A stretch of 64,000 nucleotides of DNA from Bacilli bacterium (GCA_050953085.1 JBMNLX010000001.1:187234-251233), one strand, 5' to 3'. Positions 51,289 through 61,565 are shown, numbered from the stretch's first letter. Numbers and translations are program-made. The notes: a model not told the origin generated them from the letters alone.

Positions 51289-52515
51289 TTAGCGGCGGTA
51301 ATAGGCAAGCGCTTCTTTGTATTTCGATGTCTTGCACAGGTACTCGATATAATGCTGCTCGTAAATCTTGTCATATAGATGGTGGGTGTAATTTTTGTTG
51401 TAAGGAATAACTTTAAACCGGAGATGCTCGATTAAATTATATTTTCTCTCGGTTTTATATTTCAATAACATGAAATTAATAAAAACCTGGTGAATCGTCT
51501 CGTCTTTTTCAAAAATATATTTCTCGGCGATTTCCGTCGCTTTTTTGATATATTCCGGGCGATTCAGCCGGTCAGCCGCGTAAACCAAGAGGGCTATAAA
51601 ACGCGCCTCGCCAAACAATTCCTTTTTCAATACTTCCTCATACACCGCGAACCACGCTTTCCCCTTAAGCATGATCAACAACTTCCAATAGATGATATCA
51701 AAATAGTAGTCGTCGTCATACCTGTGATTGCCGATCTCGCGCAATTCCTCGACGATTTCCGGGTAGTATTCGCTCGCCTGAACGTCAAGCATCATCAGGC
51801 GGATAATGACTTGGCGTTGGTTTGGATAGCCAATATTATAATTTCCCATTAACAAATCATAATAACGGAAAAACTTTGGGTATATTTTCAAATTATAAGC
51901 GCAAATATAATGTTGCTCGAAAATCAGCCAGTTCATCTCCTGGTTTTCAAAATCGTTGTTTTCTAAGTATTTGAGATACTTGTAAGCTTGATGATACTGG
52001 TATGTTTGCAGGTAATACTCGATTACCAGAAACATAAAAACGCCGATGTCCTCCCTTAACATCGTTTCCTTGATTTTATCGATCGTCGCGATTGTTTCTT
52101 TAAAATTCTGGTAATCGCGTTTAACCAAATAATAAAAGCACTTAATCAAGTAGTTTTGCACGTTAAAAAGAGAATCGTCAATCATTTCAAACAAATTGGC
52201 GATTTCGCCGTAATTTTGGTAAAGGTAAGCCTTTATCGTCCGGTTAACGCCGTTCTCAATTATATTTATACCGACTTTATCAAAGTCGAGATTAACTTTC
52301 TCGAAGATTGCTTTGATATATGATTCGTCAGCGACGATCGCGTTGCGTTCCAACTTGCATAAGTAACTAATCGAGCAAATCCCGTGCGCCATTTCCTGCA
52401 AGGTGAGTTTCCGCTTATGGCGTTCATGTTTAATAATCTGCGAATAAAGATAATTGCGGTTAATTTCCTTTTTGTCGTTTTTCAGCACGGCGAGTTTTTC
52501 GATCTTTGTAATCAT
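51289..52515 (-). CDS. XRE-HTH plus helical/TPR transcriptional regulator (RRNPP-like)
   Basis: LTLQEMAHGICSISYLCKLERN N-terminal HTH followed by ~330 aa helical region. Confidence 0.8.
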   Translation of the reverse strand: MITKIEKLAVLKNDKKEINRNYLYSQIIKHERHKRKLTLQEMAHGICSISYLCKLERNAIVADESYIKAIFEKVNLDFDKVGINIIENGVNRTIKAYLYQNYGEIANLFEMIDDSLFNVQNYLIKCFYYLVKRDYQNFKETIATIDKIKETMLREDIGVFMFLVIEYYLQTYQYHQAYKYLKYLENNDFENQEMNWLIFEQHYICAYNLKIYPKFFRYYDLLMGNYNIGYPNQRQVIIRLMMLDVQASEYYPEIVEELREIGNHRYDDDYYFDIIYWKLLIMLKGKAWFAVYEEVLKKELFGEARFIALLVYAADRLNRPEYIKKATEIAEKYIFEKDETIHQVFINFMLLKYKTERKYNLIEHLRFKVIPYNKNYTHHLYDKIYEQHYIEYLCKTSKYKEALAYYRR

Positions 52516-52663
52516 ACTTAATTCCTCCCTATAGCTTTAAATTGCTAAACTTATTTGATTAGATTTTACTACAAATTTTACCATTTTTCAACATCTTTTT
52601 CTTGAAAAAATTCCGTATTTTTCCAGGGAACTTATAGTGAACAAAAAAAGACAGCGCGAGCTG

Positions 52664-53353
52664 TCAAATTCTTAAAACGAAGGCAAACTTCTTGAGTTCT
52701 TTAAGCGCGGTCTTATAAGCGGGATAAAACTTTTCCAACAGGCGATAAAAATCCTTTCCGTGATGGGGATGGAAGAAATGAACGAACTCGTGAACGATGA
52801 CATAACGGATCGAATTCCAGGGAACGTGCACGAGGAGCTCGTTTAGCGTGATTCTTCCCGTTTTCGCGTTACAGCTCCCCCAACGCGAGCACATCTTCCG
52901 GAAGGTAAGACGCACGTCGGTTTTATTGAAAATGTCGGCGAACCGGGAAAACTCGGTCGCGATTTGCCCGCGCAAGGTTTTCCGGACCCGGTCAAGCACG
53001 CGGTCAAGCGAGCCGGTAATATAAAGAGTATTCCCATCGATATAAAAGGGCTCGGGGCCTTTGGATGAGGCAATATTAAAGAGATTTCCGAATAGCCAAA
53101 CCTTCCGTCCCGCGGCGACGTCGCGAATATGCATGTTGCCGATATTGATTTCGTTTTTGCGGACGACTTTGTCGATCCAATCCTTTTGTTTGTATAATTG
53201 CGAGATCGCTTGTTTTCGGGAAAAGATCAGGGGGTAATGGAGCGCGATGTTGTTATTCACGTCGACTTTAATAATTACTCTTTTAATCTTTTTCGGAAAG
53301 AGCGACACCGCGTATATTTTGCCGTCAACTTCAATCGTGTATTTATCTTCCAT
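52664..53353 (-). CDS. YgjP/M48-like (DUF45) metallohydrolase
   Basis: RWGSC and YVIVHEFVH...HGKDFY motifs. Confidence 0.88.
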   Translation of the reverse strand: MEDKYTIEVDGKIYAVSLFPKKIKRVIIKVDVNNNIALHYPLIFSRKQAISQLYKQKDWIDKVVRKNEINIGNMHIRDVAAGRKVWLFGNLFNIASSKGPEPFYIDGNTLYITGSLDRVLDRVRKTLRGQIATEFSRFADIFNKTDVRLTFRKMCSRWGSCNAKTGRITLNELLVHVPWNSIRYVIVHEFVHFFHPHHGKDFYRLLEKFYPAYKTALKELKKFAFVLRI

Positions 53354-53370
53354 AATCTTTCCGCTTTCTC

Positions 53371-54006
53371 TCATGCAAATAACCCGATAACCCACACGGC
53401 AATATCACCAAAAACCTTGAAAAATCCATCGACGGTCTCTTGTAAAAACGTATTAAAAATTCCCGACGCAAGCAAGACCAATAATAAAATCATGCCGAAT
53501 ATTTCGTACTTGAGATATGTAAAGTAATATTTCTCGGGAATCAGGGCGCCGATAAGTTTCGAGCCGTCAAGCGGCGGAATCGGAAGCAAATTAAACACCC
53601 CGAGACCAATATTTATAATCGTAATATTATACAATAAATGATGCAGCCATGAAGTCCTCGGAGCAAAAAAAAGCGCCGCGACGAGTAGAATCCGGAAAAT
53701 CAGGGCGATAATAAAATTTGTAATCGGTCCGGCTAGCGCCACAAAAACCATCCCCAGCCGCGGGTTGCGGTAATACTCGGGGTTAACCCGGACCGGCTTG
53801 GCCCAGCCGAAACGGAAAACAATCAGGCAAAGCGTCCCGACCGGGTCAAGATGCCTGAACGGATTCAGCGAAAGCCTTCTTTCCGACTTTGGCGTCGGGT
53901 CCCCCAACCAATAGGATACGATACCGTGCGCCAACTCATGAAAGACAATGGCGATAATGACCGCCGGCACTATATAAATTAATTCATCAAAAGACATCAA
54001 ACTCAC
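53371..54006 (-). CDS. Site-2 protease (M50), YwhC-like
   Basis: HELAH, GWAKPV, AGP, NLLPIPPLDG. Confidence 0.93.
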   Translation of the reverse strand: MSLMSFDELIYIVPAVIIAIVFHELAHGIVSYWLGDPTPKSERRLSLNPFRHLDPVGTLCLIVFRFGWAKPVRVNPEYYRNPRLGMVFVALAGPITNFIIALIFRILLVAALFFAPRTSWLHHLLYNITIINIGLGVFNLLPIPPLDGSKLIGALIPEKYYFTYLKYEIFGMILLLVLLASGIFNTFLQETVDGFFKVFGDIAVWVIGLFA

Positions 54007-54134
54007 CAGCTTTTGCTATGCTATTATACCACAATTTCCGTTTTAGTTACAATTAATAAATAAGGAAAGCTGATGATAATTGGTTTAATTGAAATCAATA
54101 CCGCGGAGCCGAGATCGATGATAGAGCTAACCTC

Positions 54135-54773
54135 TTAACCAAAATTTCCTTTTTCCATCAATATGCGGTTTTTCTGATACCGGCAAACAAGTTTTTTTAA
54201 CGCTATCTGCCGGTTGCGCGCGTGATGGGTAATGTTGCGATAAAAAAGATAAATAAACAATACCAAAAACGCAAAACTTTTACTCTTAAGGAAAAAATAT
54301 ATCAAACCCGCCAAAGCTAGATTGGAAATGAAAAAGAGCGCTTTTTGTTCCGTAAACGGCTTGTTGATGATTTGCGCGAGAAGCACTTCCGTCGCCTTAT
54401 AACCGTCAAGCGGGAAAACAGGCAAGATGTTAAATATAATGATGAGAAAATTAAATTTGTAAAGCAGGGATTTCAGGTAATGGTCGCCCGCGTAACGGGA
54501 AAGGAATAATATCAAAACATTCGCCGCGACGCCGGAAAGATAAAGGATGAGCTCCTTCAACGCGCCGAGATTTTTAATATCGACTTCCATCAGTCCGCCG
54601 ACGGCCGTTACGTTGAGTTTTTTCACTTTTTGCTTAAACAAAAAGCAGGCAAGCAAATGACCGGCTTCGTGAAGGCCAAGGACCGCCAGAAACAAAAACA
54701 ATTCCCGGAATAATCCGGAAAACAAAAACACGATGACAAGAAGCCAAAAAGAGTAATGAATTGATATTTTCAT
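54135..54773 (-). CDS. spoIVFB: SpoIVFB-like M50 protease (short, no CBS domain)
   Basis: KISIH start, HEAGH, NILPVFPLDG; follows spoIVFA-like gene. Confidence 0.75.
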   Translation of the reverse strand: MKISIHYSFWLLVIVFLFSGLFRELFLFLAVLGLHEAGHLLACFLFKQKVKKLNVTAVGGLMEVDIKNLGALKELILYLSGVAANVLILFLSRYAGDHYLKSLLYKFNFLIIIFNILPVFPLDGYKATEVLLAQIINKPFTEQKALFFISNLALAGLIYFFLKSKSFAFLVLFIYLFYRNITHHARNRQIALKKLVCRYQKNRILMEKGNFG

Positions 54774-54791
54774 TATATCATTGTCTTCTGT

Positions 54792-55340
54792 TTATTTGAG
54801 GAAAAGATTGACGGGTTCGCTGCCGTCATAGACGTAGAATTTAAAAAAGCAGGCGTCTTCTTCGACCGATGGCGAGCCGATCACCTCGCCGCTGGTGACG
54901 ATTTTATAGATATTGCAATTGACGTTTTCCAAACCGTCGTAAACGTAGGTATAATCGTCGATTCCCTTGATCTTCAGGCGATATGTCCCGTCCTTGTTCT
55001 TCTTGATTTCCACGACCACTCCCGTCTTATACACCTCGACACCTTGAAACTCGTTCACTTCGACGCGAAGGCCGCCGGGGATTTCTTTTCCCGACATATA
55101 AAGTTGCGAGACCTCGACGGAAACCGTGTCAGTAATCTCCATCGGCAAGAGAAAGTTATTTTTGCCGTTTATCGCTTTGATAATTTTTAAGATATTGTAA
55201 TGCTCGCTTAGAGCGTCCCGGACCTTGTCGGCATTTATCATCTTCATTTTTCCGAGAAAAACGAACGCCAATAATAAAAACGTCCCGATCAAAAGTTTAT
55301 ACAGGAAACGGTCGATAATGTTAAGTTCCTTATCCTTCAC
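54792..55340 (-). CDS. spoIVFA: SpoIVFA-like membrane protein (degenerate M23 domain)
   Basis: One TM plus GVVV..., YVYDGL, V.SGEVIG, EPVN pattern; position upstream of spoIVFB. Confidence 0.6.
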   Translation of the reverse strand: MKDKELNIIDRFLYKLLIGTFLLLAFVFLGKMKMINADKVRDALSEHYNILKIIKAINGKNNFLLPMEITDTVSVEVSQLYMSGKEIPGGLRVEVNEFQGVEVYKTGVVVEIKKNKDGTYRLKIKGIDDYTYVYDGLENVNCNIYKIVTSGEVIGSPSVEEDACFFKFYVYDGSEPVNLFLK

Positions 55341-55355
55341 GTTATCACCCGCTAA

Positions 55356-55384
55356 ATTATATGAAAAACAAACCGAAACTATTA
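55356..55384 (-). promoter_or_regulatory. SigmaE-like promoter of spoIVFAB
   Basis: TAATAGT-N14-CATATAAT. Confidence 0.6.
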
Positions 55385-56059
55385 TATCTTTTTATGTTCC
55401 ATAAAACTGTAATAACGGTTCTTGCCGATAATAATATGATCGACAATCAATATCTCGACGATCGCCGCCGCCTTAACCAGGCGAACCGTTATTTCATAAT
55501 CCTCGCCGCTCGGCTCCGGATTCCCGGAAGGGTGATTGTGGGCGATAATAATGCCTTTCGCGGAAAGTTTCAATCCCCATTTCAGGATATCCCGACAATT
55601 AAACAGCGTGTGCGTCAAGGTGCCGATAGAAATCGTCCGCTCGGCGATGATTTCGCTTTGCGAGTTGAGATATACCGCGACGAGATGCTCCTGGTTTAAA
55701 TGTTGGAGAGAATCTCTCAAATATAGGTAGGATTGATAAGGCGTCTGGACCTTGACTTTCGCGACGCACGGGATATTGATTCGCTTGCCGAGTTCGATCG
55801 CCGCGAGCAGCGCCACGGCCTTCGCTCTTCCGACGCCTTTGATTTCCTGCAATTCCTCGACCGTAGCCTCGTTAAGCCGGTCGATTGCGGGATATCGAGC
55901 CAAAAGTTCCTTCGCCAAGTCGATCGCGGATACGCTTCTGCTCCCCGTCCGCAGGATTATCGCCAAAAGTTCGTAATTGGATAGCGACTTCACGCCGTTT
56001 TTTAGGAGTCTCTCCCTTGGCCGCTCGCTTTCCGGCATCTCCCGTAATAAAAAACTCAT
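55382..56059 (-). CDS. radC: RadC/JAB-domain protein
   Basis: RPRERL, ELLAIILRTG, AHNHPSG.PEPS..D, DHIIIG. Confidence 0.95.
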   Translation of the reverse strand: MSFLLREMPESERPRERLLKNGVKSLSNYELLAIILRTGSRSVSAIDLAKELLARYPAIDRLNEATVEELQEIKGVGRAKAVALLAAIELGKRINIPCVAKVKVQTPYQSYLYLRDSLQHLNQEHLVAVYLNSQSEIIAERTISIGTLTHTLFNCRDILKWGLKLSAKGIIIAHNHPSGNPEPSGEDYEITVRLVKAAAIVEILIVDHIIIGKNRYYSFMEHKKI

Positions 56060-56105
56060 AATAACCACCCGTCTTATATATTATCGGTTATTATGAGAAT
56101 TTCGT

Positions 56106-56711
56106 TTAGCCAAGATTTTTAACGATTTCCTGGTAAATATTGAGCCTGATTTCGGCGCGCAGGGTCTCGTTTTTCACCCCCGACAAGGCGACGGTCAAAG
56201 TATAGGCCTCGAGGCTCGCGGGATTGGAATGAAACTTCTCGGAAACGGCGAATTGTTTTCCCTTCAAGTCTTCAAGCAGGTTCGTCACGCATTCTAGCCA
56301 AAATTCGTATTCCGGGGTGTTGTCAAGCACGGCGTTCGGCATGTCCAGGATATATTCCTTTTTTACTATCGGCGAGAACCCCTTATACTCAAAATCGCTT
56401 TTTTTGGCGGCGAGATCATCCTCGCTCTCGCCGATGGCGCCGTAAACGTAATAAAACCCTCCGGTATAAACATACACGGAATACAAATCCCTGGCTTTGA
56501 CGTTCTCGATAATCGCGTTCGCGTCCTCCGCGGTGTCCGCCTTCCCGATTTGCAATAAATAAACGTTGCCGTAGATGGCGCCGGTCTTTTCGTCGTCTTC
56601 ATTGCTGGGAGGATTGATCTTAATCCGCGTCGATAAAAAAAAGCCGATGATGCAGCCGATAACCATTCCCAATAATACTCCGAAAATATCGATCTCTCTT
56701 TTTTTGAACAT
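56106..56711 (-). CDS. Membrane-anchored protein with SPOR-like segment (position of spoIIB)
   Basis: N-terminal TM, VYLLQIG...YYVYGAI; lies between folC and radC. Confidence 0.55.
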   Translation of the reverse strand: MFKKREIDIFGVLLGMVIGCIIGFFLSTRIKINPPSNEDDEKTGAIYGNVYLLQIGKADTAEDANAIIENVKARDLYSVYVYTGGFYYVYGAIGESEDDLAAKKSDFEYKGFSPIVKKEYILDMPNAVLDNTPEYEFWLECVTNLLEDLKGKQFAVSEKFHSNPASLEAYTLTVALSGVKNETLRAEIRLNIYQEIVKNLG

Positions 56712-56828
56712 TTTTCCACCTCGCGCCTATTATAATAATTTGCGAAAGGAAAAAATGTCAAAAAAAGAGAACGGGAATAAAATATATCTTGCGCGCGTAT
56801 TATTAGGTTTGGCTTAAATTCCCGCATC

Positions 56829-58106
56829 TTAAGTCCGGCTTTTTAGATAATTATAAATCTCGCTCACGAAAAACAGGCTCCCGCAAAACACGGTCATCGT
56901 CCCGCTTTCCGATAGGGCGGAATCGAAAATTTCGCGCCAGTCGATCGCGATGCTTTTTTGGGGGTGCCGGGAAAGCAGGAAAAGGTTTTCCGCTGCGTCG
57001 CTGCGAACATATCCGAAACTGGTAAAAACGATCTCGTCCGCGATTGCGTCAAGCGCAGCGATCATCTCCGGCTTGTTCTTGTTGGCCGACGCCGCGAACA
57101 CCACGCGCAAAAATCTCTCTCCCTTCACGGCGCGCAGAAACTCAACCAGCCGGGCGATCCCGCCCGGGTTATGGGCGCCGTCGAGCAAAACCGGCGGCTC
57201 TTTCGAGACAAGCTGCAGCCGGCCCGGCCACTTCGCCTTAAGAAGTCCTTCCCTGATATTATCATCGGTCAGCCTCACGTCGCAATAATCCCGCAGCACT
57301 TCCGCCGCCCGCAAAGCCAGGGCGGCGTTTTCCGCCTGGTGAAAACCCAATAAGCTTACTTTAAGGCGGCAGTGATCGCGGAAATCAAATTCCGTCGCCG
57401 CGAGCGTCGCCTTGACGTTTTTTATCTCCGCGGGCGCAACAAGATGCAAAGGGCTCTCCTTCGCCCGGGTCACGGATTCGAATAAATCGAGCACCTCGTC
57501 GTTTCGCGTCGCGACAAGCGGCGCCCCCGGTTTTACGATTCCGAGTTTATTGCCCGCGATTTCCCTGAGCGTCGAGCCGAGAATTTTCTCATGATCGAAC
57601 GAGATGCTCGTTATCACGGAAACGAGCGGCGTGATGATGTTTGTGGCGTCAAGAAGGCCGCCGAGGCCGACTTCGAGGATAACGAAATCAAGCTCGGGCA
57701 ACCGGGAAAAATAAATAAAAGCCAAGAGCGTCACAAATTCGAAAAACGACGGTCGCGGGATGCCGGCCTCGTCCATCATCGGGTATTTCGCGATAATATA
57801 ATTCGCGAGCTCAAGCAATTCCTCGTCGCTGATATAACGGTCATTATAAGCGATTCTCTCGTTAAAAACATCGACATAGGGCGAGATAAACGTCGCGACA
57901 TTATATCCCGCCGCCATCAATATCGACTTAAGAAAACTCACGGTCGAACCCTTCCCGTTCGTCCCGCCGACATGGATATATCTTAGGCCTTCCTGGGGAT
58001 TCCCGTAGATCTCGCAAAGCCGCCGCATCCGCTCAAGCGATATTTTCGGTACGAAGCGCTTTTGCGATTCAATCCATTCGATTAAATTTTTTGCGTTTGT
58101 AAACAT
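56829..58106 (-). CDS. folC: Folylpolyglutamate/dihydrofolate synthase
   Basis: HVGGTNGKGS, EVGLGGLLDATN, WPGR, LDGAHN. Confidence 0.96.
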   Translation of the reverse strand: MFTNAKNLIEWIESQKRFVPKISLERMRRLCEIYGNPQEGLRYIHVGGTNGKGSTVSFLKSILMAAGYNVATFISPYVDVFNERIAYNDRYISDEELLELANYIIAKYPMMDEAGIPRPSFFEFVTLLAFIYFSRLPELDFVILEVGLGGLLDATNIITPLVSVITSISFDHEKILGSTLREIAGNKLGIVKPGAPLVATRNDEVLDLFESVTRAKESPLHLVAPAEIKNVKATLAATEFDFRDHCRLKVSLLGFHQAENAALALRAAEVLRDYCDVRLTDDNIREGLLKAKWPGRLQLVSKEPPVLLDGAHNPGGIARLVEFLRAVKGERFLRVVFAASANKNKPEMIAALDAIADEIVFTSFGYVRSDAAENLFLLSRHPQKSIAIDWREIFDSALSESGTMTVFCGSLFFVSEIYNYLKSRT

Positions 58107-58681
58107 TTTTCTCCCTGTTCTTTGCAATGTTCAATGATTCTTCGATGAAAACGGATAAATATATCGAAGTCTTCCGCGTTCGGTTTCTTGGCGATTCTTT
58201 CTTCCAGGAACCCGCAGAACCGATATAATTTTCTCGAGCCGATATTGAGCGAGACGCCCTTGATTTTATGAATCACGGCGCCGATCGCCGGAAATTCTTC
58301 CCCGGCAAGGTAACCGAGCAGCGTTTCTTCCAGGTTGCCGTAAGCTTTAAGATAACGCTTAAGGATATTGCCGTACACGCGGTAATTACCGTTAAGATAA
58401 GTAAGGGCAAGTTCCGGGGAAAATTCCTCCGTAACCGGCAACCTTAAAATTGCCCCGGCAATCGCCTTTTCCGGCGGCGGCGAAAGCGGCAGGGCGGCTC
58501 CTCCCGGCAATATCGCGACCGCTTTTTCCGCATCGACGATAAGATCAAGAAACTCGCGACCGGAAAACCGGGCGAGAGCGTCCCGATTTTCAAATCGGTA
58601 AACGCAATACCCTACCGCTTTGAGACGCCGGGGAAGATCTTCCCCGGCGCCAATAACGGCGATACTATAATCGGTCCCCAT
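58082..58681 (-). CDS. HPt-domain protein
   Basis: IHKIKGVSLNIGS histidine phosphotransfer motif in a C-terminal helical bundle. Confidence 0.75.
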   Translation of the reverse strand: MGTDYSIAVIGAGEDLPRRLKAVGYCVYRFENRDALARFSGREFLDLIVDAEKAVAILPGGAALPLSPPPEKAIAGAILRLPVTEEFSPELALTYLNGNYRVYGNILKRYLKAYGNLEETLLGYLAGEEFPAIGAVIHKIKGVSLNIGSRKLYRFCGFLEERIAKKPNAEDFDIFIRFHRRIIEHCKEQGEKCLQTQKI

Positions 58682-58692
58682 ATTCCACCTTC

Positions 58693-61311
58693 CTATTTTT
58701 CGTATTCGCTAAGCAACCTTTCGATTTCTTCTTTTTGTTTCAAGTAATCGGCGAGTTTTTCCCTTTCAATCGCGATCTTATCCGCCGGCGCTTTTTGAAT
58801 AAACTTCTCGTTCGAAAGCAAACTCCGGCAACGCGCGATTTCCGCTTCCGTCTTTTCAAGGCTCGCCCTTAGTTTCGCCTTTTCTTCCTCAATGTTTACA
58901 AGCTGGGCCATGGGAACGGCGACGGTCAAGGCCGGGTAAACGACGAGCGCCTTGCCGGTCGTCTCAATCGCTTTCCCGCCAAAAGTAATCTCGCGGTAGT
59001 TCGCGAACCGCTTTATAAAAGGAAGATGCGCTTCGATTAAGGCGACTGTCTCTCGATCCCGCGCCTCGATTTCCAAATCGACGGGCTTGTGGTAAGAGAC
59101 GTTCTTTTCGGCGCGGATGCCGCGGACGGCGGTAATGATATCATAAATAATCTCGGCGCGGCTCGCGTCGGGAAAATCAAATTCCGGACGCGCTTCCGGC
59201 CAGGGGGCGACCGTGATGCTTCCCGGGTTAAAACGTTGGTATATTTCCTCGGTCACAAACGGCATGATCGGGTGAAGCAATTTCAAAACCGCGGTCAAGA
59301 CATAAGCCAGGACGGCGCAGGTAGATTGCATTTGCTTTTTATCATCGCCCGAAAAGACGACTTTCGTTAGCTCGAGATACCAGGAAGCAAAATCATCCCA
59401 AACAAATTTATATATCGGCCGCGTCGCTTCGCCGAACTCGTATTTATCAAAGTTTTCGTCGGCCGACCTAATCGTCTCGTTTAGCCGCGAAAGAATCCAG
59501 CGGTCAAAAAGCGTGAGTTTTTCCTTCGCTATCGGCCGGCCGTCGTAGCCCGCGGTCGCGAAATTAAGACCGATATAACGCGAGATATTCCAGATTTTAT
59601 TGATATAGTTCCACGCGGCCTCGACTTTCTCCTCGGAGAAACGCAAATCAAGGCCCGGGGTCGCCGCGGTGCTTAAGAAATAGCGGAGACTGTCCATTCC
59701 GTAACGGGCGTGGATATCATGAATCTCGATATAATTACCGAGCGATTTGCTTACCTTCCTTCCCTTTTCGTCGCGGATTAACCCATGAATCAAAACGTCG
59801 CGGAAAGGGCGGACGCCAAGAAAATGCTTCGACTGGAAAGCCATCCGCGCGACCCAGAAGAAAATGATGTCATAAGCGGTAACCAAAACGTCGGTGGGGA
59901 AATATCTTTCTAAATCGGGCGCCTTCTCGGGCCAACCAAGCGTCGAGAACGGCCAAAGGGCGCTAGAAAACCAGGTGTCAAGAACGTCCTCGTCCTGGAC
60001 CCACCCTTCGCCTTTCGGGGCCTCGTGACCGACGCGAATCTCGTCGCCGCGATACCATGCCGGGATCCGGTGCCCCCACCATAACTGCCGGGAAATGCAC
60101 CAGTCCTGAATATTCTCAAGCCATTCCGTGAAAGTCCTCTCAAAACGCTCGGGGAAGAAATGGATCTTTCCTTCCGTCCTCTGCATTTTCAAGACTTCTT
60201 CCGCCAGGCGCTCCATGGCGACGAACCACTGCTTCGAAAGGCGCGGCTCGACGACTACCCCGGTCCTTTCGCTGTGCCCGACGGAGTGGATGATCTTCTC
60301 GATCTTTTGAAGCAACCCGTTTTCCTTTAATGCGGAAACAACGGCTTCACGGCAGGCGAAGCGCTCCATGCCCTCGTATTTCCCGGCGAGCGCGTTCATC
60401 GTGCCGTCCTCGTTCATGCAGTGCGGCATCGGCAGGTTATGCCGGAGCCCGACCTCAAAGTCATTGGGGTCGTGGGCCGGCGTGACCTTAACGATACCGG
60501 TCCCGTATTCGATATCGACATAATCGTCGGCGATAACGGGGATTTTCCGGTCGGTTTCGGGAATGATAACCTCCCGCCCGATTAAATCGCGGAAACGCTC
60601 GTCCTCGGGGTTTACCATTAAAGCGACGTCGCCGAACATCGTTTCCGGACGGGTAGTGGCGACGGTCAAGCCGCCCTGAGTCCCGTCGGCGAAAGGATAA
60701 GTAATATAGTAAAGCGCCCCCTCGATTTCGTGATAGATTACCTCGATGTTGGATAGGGCCGTTTTGCTTTGAACGTCCCAATTGATAATCCGCTCGCCCC
60801 GGTAAATTAATCCTTCGTTATAAAGCTGGATGAAGACCTCGTTAACGGCGCGATTAAGTCCCTCGTCGAGCGTGAACCGCTCGCGCGTGTAATCAAGGCT
60901 AAGGCCGATTATTTCCCATTGCTCACGGATAAAGGAAGCGTATTTTTCTTTCCACTCCCAACAGACCTCCAGAAAACGCTCGCGACCCATATCATACCGG
61001 TTTTGCCCTTTTTTTCTTAGATCGGATTCAACCCGGGCTTGCGTCGCAATACTGGCGTGATCCATCCCCGGAAGATATAAGACGTCGTATCCTTGCATTC
61101 TTTTACGGCGGACGAGGATATCCTGAAGCGTCGTGTTAAGGACGTGACCGATATGAAGTTTTCCCGTGATGTTCGGGGGCGGAATCACAATCGTATACGG
61201 TTTTTTGTTTTCGTCGCCGGCGGTAAAATAACCTTCTTTAATCCACCGCCGGTATTTGCCTTTCTCGACGGAATTAAAATCATACTTTGTCGGCAAATCT
61301 TTTAATTTCAT
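58693..61311 (-). CDS. valS: Valine--tRNA ligase
   Basis: PPPNITGKLHIGH, DWCISRQLWWGH, KVSKS; start at MKLKDLP after GGAGG RBS. Confidence 0.98.
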   Translation of the reverse strand: MKLKDLPTKYDFNSVEKGKYRRWIKEGYFTAGDENKKPYTIVIPPPNITGKLHIGHVLNTTLQDILVRRKRMQGYDVLYLPGMDHASIATQARVESDLRKKGQNRYDMGRERFLEVCWEWKEKYASFIREQWEIIGLSLDYTRERFTLDEGLNRAVNEVFIQLYNEGLIYRGERIINWDVQSKTALSNIEVIYHEIEGALYYITYPFADGTQGGLTVATTRPETMFGDVALMVNPEDERFRDLIGREVIIPETDRKIPVIADDYVDIEYGTGIVKVTPAHDPNDFEVGLRHNLPMPHCMNEDGTMNALAGKYEGMERFACREAVVSALKENGLLQKIEKIIHSVGHSERTGVVVEPRLSKQWFVAMERLAEEVLKMQRTEGKIHFFPERFERTFTEWLENIQDWCISRQLWWGHRIPAWYRGDEIRVGHEAPKGEGWVQDEDVLDTWFSSALWPFSTLGWPEKAPDLERYFPTDVLVTAYDIIFFWVARMAFQSKHFLGVRPFRDVLIHGLIRDEKGRKVSKSLGNYIEIHDIHARYGMDSLRYFLSTAATPGLDLRFSEEKVEAAWNYINKIWNISRYIGLNFATAGYDGRPIAKEKLTLFDRWILSRLNETIRSADENFDKYEFGEATRPIYKFVWDDFASWYLELTKVVFSGDDKKQMQSTCAVLAYVLTAVLKLLHPIMPFVTEEIYQRFNPGSITVAPWPEARPEFDFPDASRAEIIYDIITAVRGIRAEKNVSYHKPVDLEIEARDRETVALIEAHLPFIKRFANYREITFGGKAIETTGKALVVYPALTVAVPMAQLVNIEEEKAKLRASLEKTEAEIARCRSLLSNEKFIQKAPADKIAIEREKLADYLKQKEEIERLLSEYEK

Positions 61312-61323
61312 AACGCACCTCCA

Positions 61324-61565
61324 TAAAAAAAAGTCCTTATCATTAGATAAGGACGAAATATTCCGCGGTACCACCTTACTTCGCAGGGAATACAAAAAAA
61401 TCCCGGCGCGCTCAAATGCCTTTAACGCAAGGCGATACGGGTATTGCTACTAAAATTCGCGATACCGGCTCCAAGGCGACCTTCGCGACCCCGCGGGAGA
61501 CTTTTCACCAACCAGCCTCTCTCTGCGACCTACCGCAAGCCGCTACTCCTCCTTTTCATAGCCTT
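61324..61565 (-). promoter_or_regulatory. T-box riboswitch (Val)
   Basis: T-box AAGGTGGTACCGCG (~61364-61377), AGTA/AGAGA/GGTGAA stem I motifs, candidate GUC specifier, terminator GTCCTTATC...GATAAGGAC plus T-run. Confidence 0.92.

Noticed and set aside
54073-54138. 21-aa plus-strand ORF as a signalling peptide
   Set aside because: Weak RBS, no signal-peptide character and not adjacent to the RRNPP-like regulator.
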